From an uncultured Solirubrobacteraceae bacterium (lineage in GTDB: Bacteria > Actinomycetota > Thermoleophilia > Solirubrobacterales > Solirubrobacteraceae), in contig CAWBVZ010000004.1 of NCBI GenBank assembly GCA_963792385.1, forward strand, positions 205,584 to 237,583: 32,000 nucleotides of DNA. Reading direction: 5' to 3'. Below are positions 1 to 9,250 of this stretch, in pieces. The notes beneath the pieces were generated by a model. It was given only the letters and a program-made list of their open reading frames with translations, had not been told where the DNA came from and did not search any database. The first letter of the stretch is position 1. Every line of letters begins with the position of its first letter. Made by a program: the position numbers and the translations under genes.

Positions 1-455
1 ACGTCGCGGCGGTGGCCCGCGCGCGCGGCCTGATCGTCGTCGTTTCGGACTTCCGCGGGGAGCGCGACTGGGAAGGGCCGCTGCGCAGCCTGCGCGCGCG
101 CCACGGCGTGCTCGCGGTCGAGATCCGCGACCCGCGCGAGCTCGAGCTGACGGCGATGGGCGACCTGTGGCTGGTCGATCCCGAGACCGGCCGCCAGCTG
201 CAGGTCAACACCAGCCGCCGGAGCGTGCGCAAGCGTTTCGCCGAGGCGGCCGCGGCCGAGCGCGAGGAGGTCGCCGCGGCGCTGCGCCGGACGGGCGCCG
301 ACCACCTCGTGCTCTCGACGCACGGCGACTGGCTGAAGGGCCTGGCGGGCCATCTGCGCCGCGGCGAGGCCGCCCTGCGCGCCGCCGCGCCGACGCGCTC
401 GGCCGCGCGCGCCCGCGCGCCGGTGGTCGACGATGACGTGGGGACGTTCGCATGA
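1..455 (+). CDS. DUF58 domain protein (MoxR/Bat-operon type); 5' end lies outside the window
   Basis: The frame is open to the window edge. LIVVVSDFRGERDW...VLAVEIRDPRELELTAMG...LVDPETG matches the conserved C-terminal half of DUF58 proteins. Stop TGA 453-455 overlaps ATG 452 of the next gene (ATGA coupling). Confidence 0.75.
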   Translation, partial: VAAVARARGLIVVVSDFRGERDWEGPLRSLRARHGVLAVEIRDPRELELTAMGDLWLVDPETGRQLQVNTSRRSVRKRFAEAAAAEREEVAAALRRTGADHLVLSTHGDWLKGLAGHLRRGEAALRAAAPTRSAARARAPVVDDDVGTFA

Positions 456-1428
456 CGTTCCGCGAACCGGTGATGCTCGCCGGGCTGGTCCTGATCCCGA
501 TCGCCGCTCGTGGCGTACGCCTCGATGCAGCGCCGGCGCCGGCGCGAGGCCGCCGGGTTCGCCAACCCGGCGCTGATGCCCAACCTCGTGACCGCGCGGC
601 CGGGCTGGCGCCGCCACCTGCCGCCGCTGCTGGTGCTGGCCGCGCTCGCCGCACTGGTGGTCGCGCTCGCGCGGCCGCAGCGCACGGTCGCCGCGCCGCA
701 GCGCGCGGCGACGGTGATGATGGTCACCGACATCTCGGGCTCGATGAACGCCAACGACGTCGAGCCCGACCGGCTGACGGCGGCCGTCAACGCCGCGCGC
801 CGGCTCACCGACAAGCTGCCCGACCCGTTCCGGCTCGGCCTCGTCACGTTCTCCGACTTCGCCGAGGTGCAGGCGCCGCCGACGACCGACCGCGACGCCG
901 TCAAGGCCGGGCTCGACCGGCTGCGCGCGGAGGGCGGCACCGCGATGGCGACGGGGCTCCAGCGCGCGCTCGAGCTCGCCCGCACGCCGGTCCCGACGGA
1001 GGACGGGACGCGGGACCCAGCGGCTGCCGTCGGTGCTCGTGCTGCTGTCCGACGGCAAGGACACCCAGAGCGGCATCTCGCCGCTCGACGTCGCCCGCCA
1101 GGCGGCGGAGCTGAAGATCCCGATCTTCGCGATCGCGCTCGGCACGCCGGAGGGCGAGGTCGCCGTGCGCGACCAGTTCGGCTCGATCCGCCACATCCTC
1201 GTGCCGCCCGACACCGAGACGCTGCGGGAGATCGCCAAGATCACCGGTGGGCGCTATTTCGCCGCGCCGGACGCCGCGCGCCTCGAGTCGATCTACGCCA
1301 ACCTCGGTACCCGGCTCTCCTCCAAGCCGGTCGAGCGAGAGGTCACATTCGCCTTTGCGGGGGGCGCGATCGCGCTGCTGCTGGCGGGCGGGGGCCTCTC
1401 GCTGATGTGGTTCGGCCGCCCGTTGTGA
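452..1428 (+). pseudogene. BatA-like von Willebrand factor A (VWA) membrane protein; reading frame broken twice
   Basis: The N-terminal TM segment MTFREPVMLAGLVLIPIAA is in the frame of 452. The VWA core with MIDAS motif (VMMVTDISGSMNANDVEPDRL, GGTAMATGL) is in the frame of 510. The C-terminal part (VLVLLSDGKDTQSG...GGRYFAAPDAARLESIY plus a final TM) is in the frame of 1033. Breaks lie near 505-509 and 1014-1018 (ccc run), and each behaves as one extra base. Confidence 0.8.
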
Positions 1429-1475
1429 CGGGTAGCCCTCCCGGCGGTACCAAACCTTAGGGAGGCGAGGGCACC

Positions 1476-2873
1476 ATGGCCGACGTATCAGCGCGCCTGG
1501 ATGGGCAGCGCGATAGTCGCACTCAGGACGTCAAGAAGGTCGCATTCGCGAGCTTCATCGGGACCACGATCGAGTGGTACGACTTCTTCCTCTACGGCAC
1601 CGCGGCGGCGCTCGTGTTCGGGGAGCTGTTCTTCCCAGATGCGGAGCCGCTGATCGGCACGCTACTGGCGCTCAGCACCTACGCGGTGGGCTTCGCGGCA
1701 CGGCCAATCGGCGGCATCGTCTTCGGGCACTTCGGCGACCGCATCGGCCGCAAGACGATGCTCGTCACGTCGCTGATGATCATGGGAACCGCGACGTTCC
1801 TGATCGGCTGCCTGCCGACGCACAGCGACATCGGCATCCTCGCCCCGATCCTGCTGGTGACGCTGCGGTTCGCGCAGGGCATCGGCGTCGGCGGCGAGTG
1901 GGGCGGCGCGGTGCTGATGGCGGTCGAGCACGCCCCCAAGGGCCGCCGCGGCTTCTTCGGCTCATGGCCGCAGATGGGCGTTCCGGCGGGCCTGCTGATC
2001 TCGACGCTCGTGTTCCTGCTCGTGCAGGGCCAGACCTCCGAGGCCGCCTTCGCGAGCTGGGGCTGGCGCATCCCGTTCCTGGCCAGCGCGATCCTCGTGA
2101 TCGTCGGCCTGATCATCCGCCTGAAGCTGATGGAGTCGCCGGCGTTCGAGCGCGTCAAGGAGACCGCGACGGAAGCCAAGATGCCGATCGTCGACGTCGT
2201 GCGCAAGTACCCGCGCAACGTCCTCACCGCGATGGGCATGCGGATGGGCGAGAACGGCGTCTTCTACCTGCTGACCGTGTTCGTGTACGTCTACGGCGAG
2301 GAGGAGCTCGGCCTCGACAAGAACACGATGCTGACCGGCGTGGTGATCGCCGCGGCGCTGGGCCTGATCACCGTGCCGCTGTGGGGGATGCTCTCCGACC
2401 GCGTCGGCCGCAGGCCGCTGTACCTGGCGGGCGCGGTCGTGACGACGCTGTGGGCGTTCCCGTTCTTCGGGCTGATGGACACCAAGTCGCCGGTGCTGAT
2501 CTGGGTGGCGGTCGTGGTCGGCGTCAACATCGGGCACGACCTCATGTACGGGCCGCAGGGCGCATACTTCGCCGAGTTGTTCGGCACCCGTGTGCGTTAC
2601 AGCGGCGCCTCGCTCGGCTACCAGCTCGCATCCGTGTTCGCGGGCGGCTTCGCGCCGCTGATCGCGACCGCATTGCTGGCGTCGGGCGGCTCGAGCCTGG
2701 TCGCGCTCTACATCACCGGGCTCGGCCTGATCTCGGTGGTCGCGACGCTGTTCGCGCGCGAGACGTATAAGAACGACATCGACGAGGACGACGAACAGGA
2801 ACGGGAGCTGGTGCGCGAGCGGCGGTTCGACCGCGAGCGCTTCCGCGACCGAGAGACCGCCGGCATTCGGTGA
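1476..2873 (+). CDS. MFS transporter, metabolite:H+ symporter (MHS, ProP/KgtP-like) family
   Basis: Intact 465-aa ORF with a GGGAGG SD about 10 nt upstream. The N-terminal signature is FIGTTIEWYDFFLYGTAAALVF, and GHFGDRIGRK is the MFS loop 2-3 motif. It has about 12 hydrophobic segments. Confidence 0.85.
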   Translation: MADVSARLDGQRDSRTQDVKKVAFASFIGTTIEWYDFFLYGTAAALVFGELFFPDAEPLIGTLLALSTYAVGFAARPIGGIVFGHFGDRIGRKTMLVTSLMIMGTATFLIGCLPTHSDIGILAPILLVTLRFAQGIGVGGEWGGAVLMAVEHAPKGRRGFFGSWPQMGVPAGLLISTLVFLLVQGQTSEAAFASWGWRIPFLASAILVIVGLIIRLKLMESPAFERVKETATEAKMPIVDVVRKYPRNVLTAMGMRMGENGVFYLLTVFVYVYGEEELGLDKNTMLTGVVIAAALGLITVPLWGMLSDRVGRRPLYLAGAVVTTLWAFPFFGLMDTKSPVLIWVAVVVGVNIGHDLMYGPQGAYFAELFGTRVRYSGASLGYQLASVFAGGFAPLIATALLASGGSSLVALYITGLGLISVVATLFARETYKNDIDEDDEQERELVRERRFDRERFRDRETAGIR

Positions 2874-4125
2874 GCCACGAGCAGGTCTTCACGCTCGAGG
2901 CGACCCCGCTCAAGTTCGGCCGCGGCGCATCCGCCGACGCCGGCTGGGAGCTGGAGCGCCTCGGCGTGAAGCGGGCGATGCTGGTCAGCGACCCGGGAGT
3001 GGTCGCGGCCGGCATCACCGAGCGCGTGCGCGAGCGCGATCGAGGCGTCGGGGATCGAGACCGAGCTGTGGGACTCCGCGCGCGTGGAGCCGACGGCGGC
3101 CTCGTTCGAAGAGGCCGCCGCGTTCGCGGCGGACGGCGGCTTCGACGGCTTCGTGGGGATCGGCGGCGGGTCGAGCATCGATACCGCCAAGGTCTCGGAC
3201 CTGATCGCCACGCACGGCGGCGGCGGTCATGGACTACGTCAACGCGCCGGTCGGCGAGGGCCGCAAGCCGCCCTCGCCTTTGAAGCCGTTGTTGGCGATC
3301 CCGACCACGTGCGGATCGGGAGCCGAGGCGACGACCGTGGCCGTGCTCGACATCCCCGAGCTGAAGGTCAAGACCGGTATCTCGCACCGCTACCTGCGTC
3401 CCGACCAGGCGATCGTCGATCCGGAGCTGACCGCGAGCCTCGCCGCCGAGGTCGTGGCGTCGTGCGGGCTCGACGTCATCTGCCACGCCGCCGAGTCGTA
3501 CATCGCGCGGCCGTACTCCGAGCGCGAGCAGCCGGAGACGCCGGGCGACCGCCCGCCGTATCAGGGCGCGACGCCGATCTCGGACATCTGGTCGGCGAAG
3601 GCGCTCGAGTACGGCGGCCGCTACCTGCGCGAGGCCGTCGCGGGCGACGACGAGGCGCGCGGCTGGATGATGCTCGCAGCGTCACTCGCAGGCATCGGCT
3701 TCGGCGCCGCCGGCGTGCACATCCCGCACGCGTGCGCGTATCCGATCGCCGGCCTCAAGCACGAGCACCGGCCACCGGGCTATCCGACCGACCACGGCTT
3801 CATCCCGCACGGCCAATCGGTGATCGTGACCGCGCCGGCGGCGTTCCGCTTCACCTACCAGGCGGCGCCGGAGCGCCATCACCATGCCGCCGAGCTGCTC
3901 GCGGGACACCCGCTGGCCGACGCCGGACAGGAGACGCTGCCGGAGCTGCTGCTGGACCTGATGCGCGACGTCGGGGTGCCGATGGGTCTGCGTGAGCTCG
4001 GCTATGGCATCGAGGACGTCGACGCGCTCGTCGAGGGAGCCATGAAGCAGCAGCGCCTGCTCGTCGTCGCGCCGCGCAAGGCGGGGCCGGAGGGCCTCGG
4101 CGCGATCCTACGAGCGTCGCTCTAG
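2870..4125 (+). pseudogene. Iron-containing alcohol dehydrogenase, hydroxyacid-oxoacid transhydrogenase-like; reading frame broken twice
   Basis: GTG 2870 overlaps the MFS stop (GTGA). Three collinear pieces lie in three frames: FTLEATPLKFGRG...VSDPGVVAAGITERVRE; IEASGIETELWDSARVEPT...GIGGGSSIDTAKV; MDYVNAPVGEG...IPTTCGSGAEAT...RPPYQGATPISDIWSAKAL. The last resembles the ADHFE1/HOT branch as I remember it. Breaks lie near 3035-3038 and 3213-3228 (ggcggcggcgg). Confidence 0.8.
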
Positions 4126-4923
4126 GAGCTCGGTCATCACGGCCTCGTAGACCCCGGGGCCGTTGCGCTCGGTCGTCACGCGCGTGTTCGCCGTGAGCGC
4201 GGCGCTGATCGTCGGATCGCGCTCGGCGCCGTTGGCGACGAGCCAGAACGTCTGCACCACAGCAGCGGCGCCGAGGTCCTCGCGCGAGTCGCCGATCGCG
4301 ATGCACTCCTCGCGCGTGAACCCGCGCGCGCGCATGTGGAACGCCACGCCGCCGGCCTTCGAGGCTCCGGCCGGCACGAGGTGGTAGGCGCGGGCGTGCT
4401 CGATGCCCGGCATCTGCGGGTGGATGCCGCCGTTGTCGACGAGCCGCAGATGGTCGAGACCGGCCTCCTCGAGCAGGGCGTCGGCCTCGAACGCGTCGAT
4501 GTCGCCGCGGAACAGGTGCGACACGTCGCGGTTCAGGTGCCATGGGTCGTGGTACTCGAGCCGGCCGGCGTAGTGCTCGAGCAGCAGCGCCGGAGCGCCC
4601 GACTCCTCGATCTGGTCGAAGATCGATTTGCCGTCGCGCGGCACGAGGTCGCCGGTGAGCCAGTGCAGCTCCTCGTCGAGGATGACGCCGGCGCCGGCCT
4701 CGAACACGTAGCACGGGATACCCATCAACCGTGCGTCGTGGAACAGCGTCTGCCGGCGGCGCCCGGAGTACAGGACGACCTCCACATCGGCGCGCGCGCA
4801 CGCCTCGAGCGCGCGGGCGCCGAGCAGCGAGAACGCGCCGTCGGCGTCGTGCAGCAGCGACGCGCGGGCACCCAGCAGCGTGCCGTCAAGATCCACGTAG
4901 ACACAGCGGAGCGGCTCGGACAA
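4108..4923 (-). CDS. HAD-superfamily hydrolase (Cof/HAD-IIB-like)
   Basis: Intact 271-aa ORF with a TTG start. Motif I is VYVDLDGTLL, with a late GDSREDL motif. Its 3' end overlaps the convergent ADH gene by 18 nt. Confidence 0.75.
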   Translation of the reverse strand: MSEPLRCVYVDLDGTLLGARASLLHDADGAFSLLGARALEACARADVEVVLYSGRRRQTLFHDARLMGIPCYVFEAGAGVILDEELHWLTGDLVPRDGKSIFDQIEESGAPALLLEHYAGRLEYHDPWHLNRDVSHLFRGDIDAFEADALLEEAGLDHLRLVDNGGIHPQMPGIEHARAYHLVPAGASKAGGVAFHMRARGFTREECIAIGDSREDLGAAAVVQTFWLVANGAERDPTISAALTANTRVTTERNGPGVYEAVMTELLERRS

Positions 4924-4942
4924 CGGCGCCTAGTATGGCCAT

Positions 4943-7228
4943 GTGGCGGTAGTACGAGACATCGAGCCGTGGGACGCCCTGCTCCAGGCCGGGCGCGACG
5001 ACGACCGGCTGGTCACACAGACGTCCCAGCATCCGCGCCCGGCGCGCGAGACGGCGATCCCGGACGAGCTGCATCCCGAGGTGGCGGATGCGCTGCGCGC
5101 CCGCGGCATCGAGCGGCTGTGGGCCCACCAGGCCGAGGCGCTGCACGCCGCCTGGGCGGGGCCGACGATCGTCACCACCGGCACCGCGTCCGGCAAGTCG
5201 CTGTGCTTCAACCTGCCGACGCTCGACGTGCTCTGCCGCGATTCCCGGGCGCGGGCGCTGTACCTCTACCCCACGAAGGCGCTCGCGCAGGACCAGGCGC
5301 GCGCGCTGAACGCGCTCGGCGTGCAGCGGGCGCGGCCGGCGATCTACGACGGCGACACGCCGCGCGAGCAGCGGCTGGCGATCCGGCGGCGGGCGAACGT
5401 GGTGCTCACGAACCCCGACATGCTGCACCTGGCGATCCTCCCCAACCACCCGGCGTGGGGCGACTTCTTCGCCAACCTTGCGATCGTCGTGGTCGACGAG
5501 GCGCACGTGTACCGGGGCGTGTTCGGCTCGCACGTGGCGAACGTCCTGCGGCGGCTGCGGCGGGTGTGCGACTCCTACGGCACCGCGCCGCGGATCCTGC
5601 TCGCCTCGGCGACGGTGGCGAACCCCGGCGAGCTGGCGGAGCGGCTGACGGGACTCGACGACGTCACCGTCGTGGACCGCGACGGCGCTCCCGCCGCCAA
5701 ACGCACGATCGTGATGTGGAACCCGCCGATCACGGACGAGAAGATCGGGGCGCGCCGCTCCGTGCTGGCCGAGGCGGCCGACCTGCTCGCCGACCTCGTG
5801 AGCGAGGGCGCGCGCACGATCGCGTTCATGAAGTCGCGCAAGGCGGTGGAGCTGATGTCGCGGTTCGCCCAGCTCCGGCTCGAGGAGCGCGGGCGCGGGG
5901 AGCTGGCGGAGCGGATCGCGCCGTACCGCGCCGGCTACACGTCCCAGCAGCGGCGCGAGCTCGAGCGCAAGCTCCTGGACGGTGAGCTGCTCGGGGTCGT
6001 GGCCACGAACGCGCTCGAGCTCGGGATCGACATCGGCTCGCTCGACGCGGCGATCTGCGTCACGTTCCCGGGCACAGTCGCGTCACTGCGGCAGATGTGG
6101 GGGCGCGCGGGCCGGCGCGGCCGCGGGCTGGCGCTGTACGTGGCGGGCGAGGACGCGCTCGACCAGTTCTTCTGCCGCCACCCGGACGAGTTCCTCGACC
6201 GCCCGGTCGAGGCGGCGATCCTCGACCCCTTCAACGAGCAGCTGCACACCGCGCATCTGCTGTGCGCCGCGCACGAGGGGCCGCTGGAGGACGCTGACGC
6301 CGAGTTCCTGGGCCCGGACTGGCGGCACTTCGCGGAGGCGATGGTGTCGGCGGGCGACCTGCGCCAGCGCCCGGACGGGACGTTCGTGCTGCGGCGGCCG
6401 GAGGAGTTCCCGGCCGCGGCGGTGTCGCTGCGGTCGGCGAGCCGCGACGGCGTGGCGATCGTCAACACCGGCTCCGGCGAGCTGCTCGGCACCGTCGACA
6501 TGCCGCGCGCCCACACCACGGTGCACGACGGCGCGGTGTACCTGCACGGCGGGCGCGTCTTCGAGGTCGACGGCCTCGACCTCGAGGGGCGGCGGGCGCT
6601 CGTGCATCCGTTCGAGGGCAACTGGTACACGCAGCCCAAGTACGAGACGGACACGTACATCGAGCGGCTGATCGAGCGGCGGTCGGCGCTCGGCGTCACG
6701 CTGTCGTTCGGGACGGTCGTGGTCACCGAGCAGGTGCTCGCCTACCAGAAGAAGAGCCTGTCCGATCACGAGGCGATCGACCTGATCGGGCTCGATCTCC
6801 CGCAGACGTCGTTCGCCACGCAGGCGCTGTGGTATGAGCTCGACGACGAGATCCTCGGCGGGCAGCTGCCGCTCGAGGCGCTGCTCGGCTCGCTGCACGC
6901 AGCCGAGCACTCGCAGATCGCGGTGCTGCCGCTGCTGGCGATGTGCGATCGCTGGGACATCGGCGGCCTGTCCACCAACTTCCATCCGCAGACCGGCCGG
7001 CCGACGATCTTCATCTACGACGGGCACCCCGGCGGGATCGGGATCGCCCGCCGGGGGTTCGTCGCGTTCGAGGCGCTCGTCGACGACGCGCACCGGCTCG
7101 TCAGCGAGTGCCCGTGCGAGAGCGGCTGCCCGTCGTGCGTGCAGTCGCCGAAGTGCGGCAACCTGAACGAACCGCTCTCGAAGGCCGGCTGCACCGCCGT
7201 GATGGGGCGAATGCTCGCGGCCGGCTAG
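4943..7228 (+). CDS. DEAD/DEAH-box helicase with C-terminal DUF1998 zinc domain (YprA/MrfA family)
   Basis: Intact 761-aa ORF with a GTG start. Motifs: Walker A TGTASGKS, DEAH box VVDEAH, TNALELGIDIG, WGRAGRRG, and C-terminal CPCESGCPSCVQSPKCGN. It is collinear over the whole length with B. subtilis YprA as I remember it. Confidence 0.85.
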   Translation: MAVVRDIEPWDALLQAGRDDDRLVTQTSQHPRPARETAIPDELHPEVADALRARGIERLWAHQAEALHAAWAGPTIVTTGTASGKSLCFNLPTLDVLCRDSRARALYLYPTKALAQDQARALNALGVQRARPAIYDGDTPREQRLAIRRRANVVLTNPDMLHLAILPNHPAWGDFFANLAIVVVDEAHVYRGVFGSHVANVLRRLRRVCDSYGTAPRILLASATVANPGELAERLTGLDDVTVVDRDGAPAAKRTIVMWNPPITDEKIGARRSVLAEAADLLADLVSEGARTIAFMKSRKAVELMSRFAQLRLEERGRGELAERIAPYRAGYTSQQRRELERKLLDGELLGVVATNALELGIDIGSLDAAICVTFPGTVASLRQMWGRAGRRGRGLALYVAGEDALDQFFCRHPDEFLDRPVEAAILDPFNEQLHTAHLLCAAHEGPLEDADAEFLGPDWRHFAEAMVSAGDLRQRPDGTFVLRRPEEFPAAAVSLRSASRDGVAIVNTGSGELLGTVDMPRAHTTVHDGAVYLHGGRVFEVDGLDLEGRRALVHPFEGNWYTQPKYETDTYIERLIERRSALGVTLSFGTVVVTEQVLAYQKKSLSDHEAIDLIGLDLPQTSFATQALWYELDDEILGGQLPLEALLGSLHAAEHSQIAVLPLLAMCDRWDIGGLSTNFHPQTGRPTIFIYDGHPGGIGIARRGFVAFEALVDDAHRLVSECPCESGCPSCVQSPKCGNLNEPLSKAGCTAVMGRMLAAG

Positions 7229-7746
7229 CTGCGCTGCTTCTCGGCCAGCTCGGCTTCGTAGCGCTCGTGGTGGGCGGTCCAGCGCTCGATCGGCCAGTTG
7301 GGCCAGTCGATGGGGTGGCCGTCGAGGAAGTCCTCGAGGAAGTCGATGTGGACGTGCCAGCCGGCCAGGACCTCGGTGAGGTAGTCGTCGGGCAGCTGGG
7401 CGGTGACGGTGAGCGTCAGCAGCGTGCCGTCGCCCTCGGGCTCAAGCTCCCACAGCACTCGCCCGTGGATGTCGGTGTCGAACTCGATCGTCCGAGGCGG
7501 CTCGAGGCGGCTGATCGTGCCCTCGGCGATCGCCTGGTTGCCCTCTGCGTCCGTGTTCAGCCACTCGAGCCGGACGCGACCGCCTTGGCTGAGCTCCAGG
7601 TCGGCGCGCGCCAGCCAGCCCTCGATCTGGTCCGGGTCGGTGAGCGCGGCCCAGACCTTCTCGATCGGATGGGCGAGTCGCCGCTCGTAGTGCAGCACGC
7701 GGGTCCCGTCCTCGCGCGAGGTGAGCGTTCCGTAGGGGGAGGTCAT
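7225..7746 (-). CDS. SRPBCC/AHSA1 (Aha1-like) family protein
   Basis: The ORF is open to 7824, but ATG 7746 overlaps the ArsR stop (ATGA), so that is the likely start. The typical opening is RRLAHPIEKVWAALTDPDQIEGWL. ArsR plus SRPBCC is a common pairing. Confidence 0.75.
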   Translation of the reverse strand: MTSPYGTLTSREDGTRVLHYERRLAHPIEKVWAALTDPDQIEGWLARADLELSQGGRVRLEWLNTDAEGNQAIAEGTISRLEPPRTIEFDTDIHGRVLWELEPEGDGTLLTLTVTAQLPDDYLTEVLAGWHVHIDFLEDFLDGHPIDWPNWPIERWTAHHERYEAELAEKQRS

Positions 7747-8072
7747 CGGTCCTCCGTGGTGTCGAGGTGGTGCTCGAGCGCGTCGAGCCTGCTCGCCCAC
7801 CGGCGCCGGTACGGCTCGAGCCACTGGTCGATCTCGGCGAGCGGCTCGGGGCGCACGCGATAGAGGCGCCGCTGGGCGTCGTGGCGGACCTCGACCAGGC
7901 CGGCCTCGCGCAGCACACGGAGGTGCTTGGACACGCCCGGCTGGCTGATGCGCAGCTTCGTCACGAGCTCGCCCACCGGCCGCTCGTCCTCGCGCAGAAG
8001 GTCGAGGATCCGGCGGCGGGTGGGTTCCGCGAGCACGTGGAACGTGGAGGTCGGAGTCGCCATCATGGACAT
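7743..8072 (-). CDS. ArsR/SmtB family transcriptional regulator
   Basis: The winged-HTH signature is FHVLAEPTRRRILDLLREDERPVGELVTKLRISQPGVSKHLRVLREAGLV. Three in-frame ATGs (8072, 8066, 8063) are possible starts. Confidence 0.85.
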   Translation of the reverse strand: MSMMATPTSTFHVLAEPTRRRILDLLREDERPVGELVTKLRISQPGVSKHLRVLREAGLVEVRHDAQRRLYRVRPEPLAEIDQWLEPYRRRWASRLDALEHHLDTTEDR

Positions 8073-8101
8073 ATATTGCCTATTGGTTATATTCCTGTCA
8101 A
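8073..8101 (-). promoter_or_regulatory. Candidate sigma70-type promoter for the ArsR operon, possibly giving a leaderless mRNA
   Basis: The minus strand reads TTGACA-17 nt-CAATAT directly abutting ATG 8072. A transcription start about 7 nt after the -10 box would fall on the A of ATG 8066. This is a local AT-rich island in a GC-rich genome. Confidence 0.3.
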
Positions 8102-9012
8102 GCTATGGATGCGAACCCGGCTTGTAGAGAGACCGCGAGGGTGGCGATCAGCGCCTCCGGTTCGTCTTGGATCTGGCGCCATGTGATGCGGAGGACGCGG
8201 TAGCCCGCGGCTTGGAGTTGGGCGTCTCTGGCTCGATCGCGTTCGAACGCCTTGCGAGTGGAATGGAACGCGAAGCCGTCGACTTCGACGATCAGGCGCT
8301 GTTCGGGCCACAGCAGATCGACCTCGTAGCCGTTGACGTGAGCGTTGGTGCGCGGTGCCGGGAGCCGCGCAGCGCGGATCAGCTCGAGCATCCGGCGTTC
8401 CGCCTCCGAGCGGGTGAGACTGGGTGCGTCATAGCAGGCGAGGGCCGCTCGAAGGGCTTTGGCACCTGCGCGCCCTCGACTCCGGCTCAGCAGCGCGGTG
8501 AGCTGTCGGCGCGTCACGAGTCGCTGCACCTCTGCCTCCTCGAGCGCGCGAGCAAGCTCCCGCCGATCGAGCGCGGCAGCAAGGTCCAGAAGCGTGCGAG
8601 CCGGAGTCGTGAGCGGGATGCCCTCGCGACGCGTGACGTCGCGCGGGTCAAGGTGACGGACGCGATGGACGCTGACGCCGGGCTTGTCGCGCGGATGTCC
8701 CGCCGTGACTGTCACGTCGACATCCCCGTGCCAGGGCGGACGCATACCCCACATCGCCGCCGCGGCGCGATGACTCACGACTGCCGCCTCGCCACACGCG
8801 AGAACGGCCGCCAGCTCCCGCGTCCGCGCCGCCGGTAGCGGCCCGACAAGGAAAACCCCGCAATGAAGACGGCGGAGTCGACCGTCCGCTACCCGCCTGG
8901 CGACCGACCCGCGACTGAGCCCGGCGGCCGTCAGGTCCGCCATCGTCACAACCGCATGCCGTCGCGCGGCAAGGGCGAACACCGCCCGATCACCGTGCAA
9001 GTCAGGACACAC
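8098..9012 (-). CDS. DUF559 endonuclease-like protein with AbiEi/HTH-like N-terminal region
   Basis: The C-terminal DUF559 signature is VDLLWPEQRLIVEVDGFAFHSTRKAFERDRARDAQLQAAGYRVLRITWRQI. The N-terminal region LAARRHAVVTMADLTAAGLSRGSVARRVADGRLRRLHCGVF is typical of this family. The ORF is open to 9126; GTG 9012 is my guess for the start. Confidence 0.7.
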   Translation of the reverse strand: MCPDLHGDRAVFALAARRHAVVTMADLTAAGLSRGSVARRVADGRLRRLHCGVFLVGPLPAARTRELAAVLACGEAAVVSHRAAAAMWGMRPPWHGDVDVTVTAGHPRDKPGVSVHRVRHLDPRDVTRREGIPLTTPARTLLDLAAALDRRELARALEEAEVQRLVTRRQLTALLSRSRGRAGAKALRAALACYDAPSLTRSEAERRMLELIRAARLPAPRTNAHVNGYEVDLLWPEQRLIVEVDGFAFHSTRKAFERDRARDAQLQAAGYRVLRITWRQIQDEPEALIATLAVSLQAGFASIA

Positions 9013-9250
9013 GACGCCTGCGCGAATCGGGTGTGTCCGTTTGTGCACGCCGGCGGTGCGCTTTCGGACACGCGCGGAGCGAACGACGACGAGTGTCCGG
9101 AACTGCACGGTCGGTAGGCATCGCAAGCAGCCTGGCGCACGGTAAGCGAGCCTCGCGGGCGCTCCACAGAATCGGCACAGATTCGAGTGGCTTCCTGAAG
9201 GAAGGCATTCAGCGATTGAGCGCGACGGCGCGGCGACCGACCCTTCCTAC

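Noticed and set aside
510-1460. 316-aa ORF taken as an intact VWA protein.
   Set aside because: Its last roughly 150 residues are Arg/Ala-rich nonsense, while the genuine VWA continuation and C-terminal TM are in the frame of 1033..1428. The BatA-type N-terminal TM lies in yet another frame starting at 452.
4943-7228. Helicase plus DUF1998 as part of a DISARM-like or other anti-phage system.
   Set aside because: It is a single gene with full-length collinearity to the YprA/MrfA repair helicase. No methyltransferase or DrmB/C-like genes are adjacent, and the only PLD-family gene is about 16 kb away in an unrelated context.
8098-9126. DUF559/AbiEi-like protein as a toxin-antitoxin or abortive-infection module.
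   Set aside because: There is no AbiEii-type nucleotidyltransferase or other partner gene next to it. Such DUF559 singletons are common in actinobacterial genomes.
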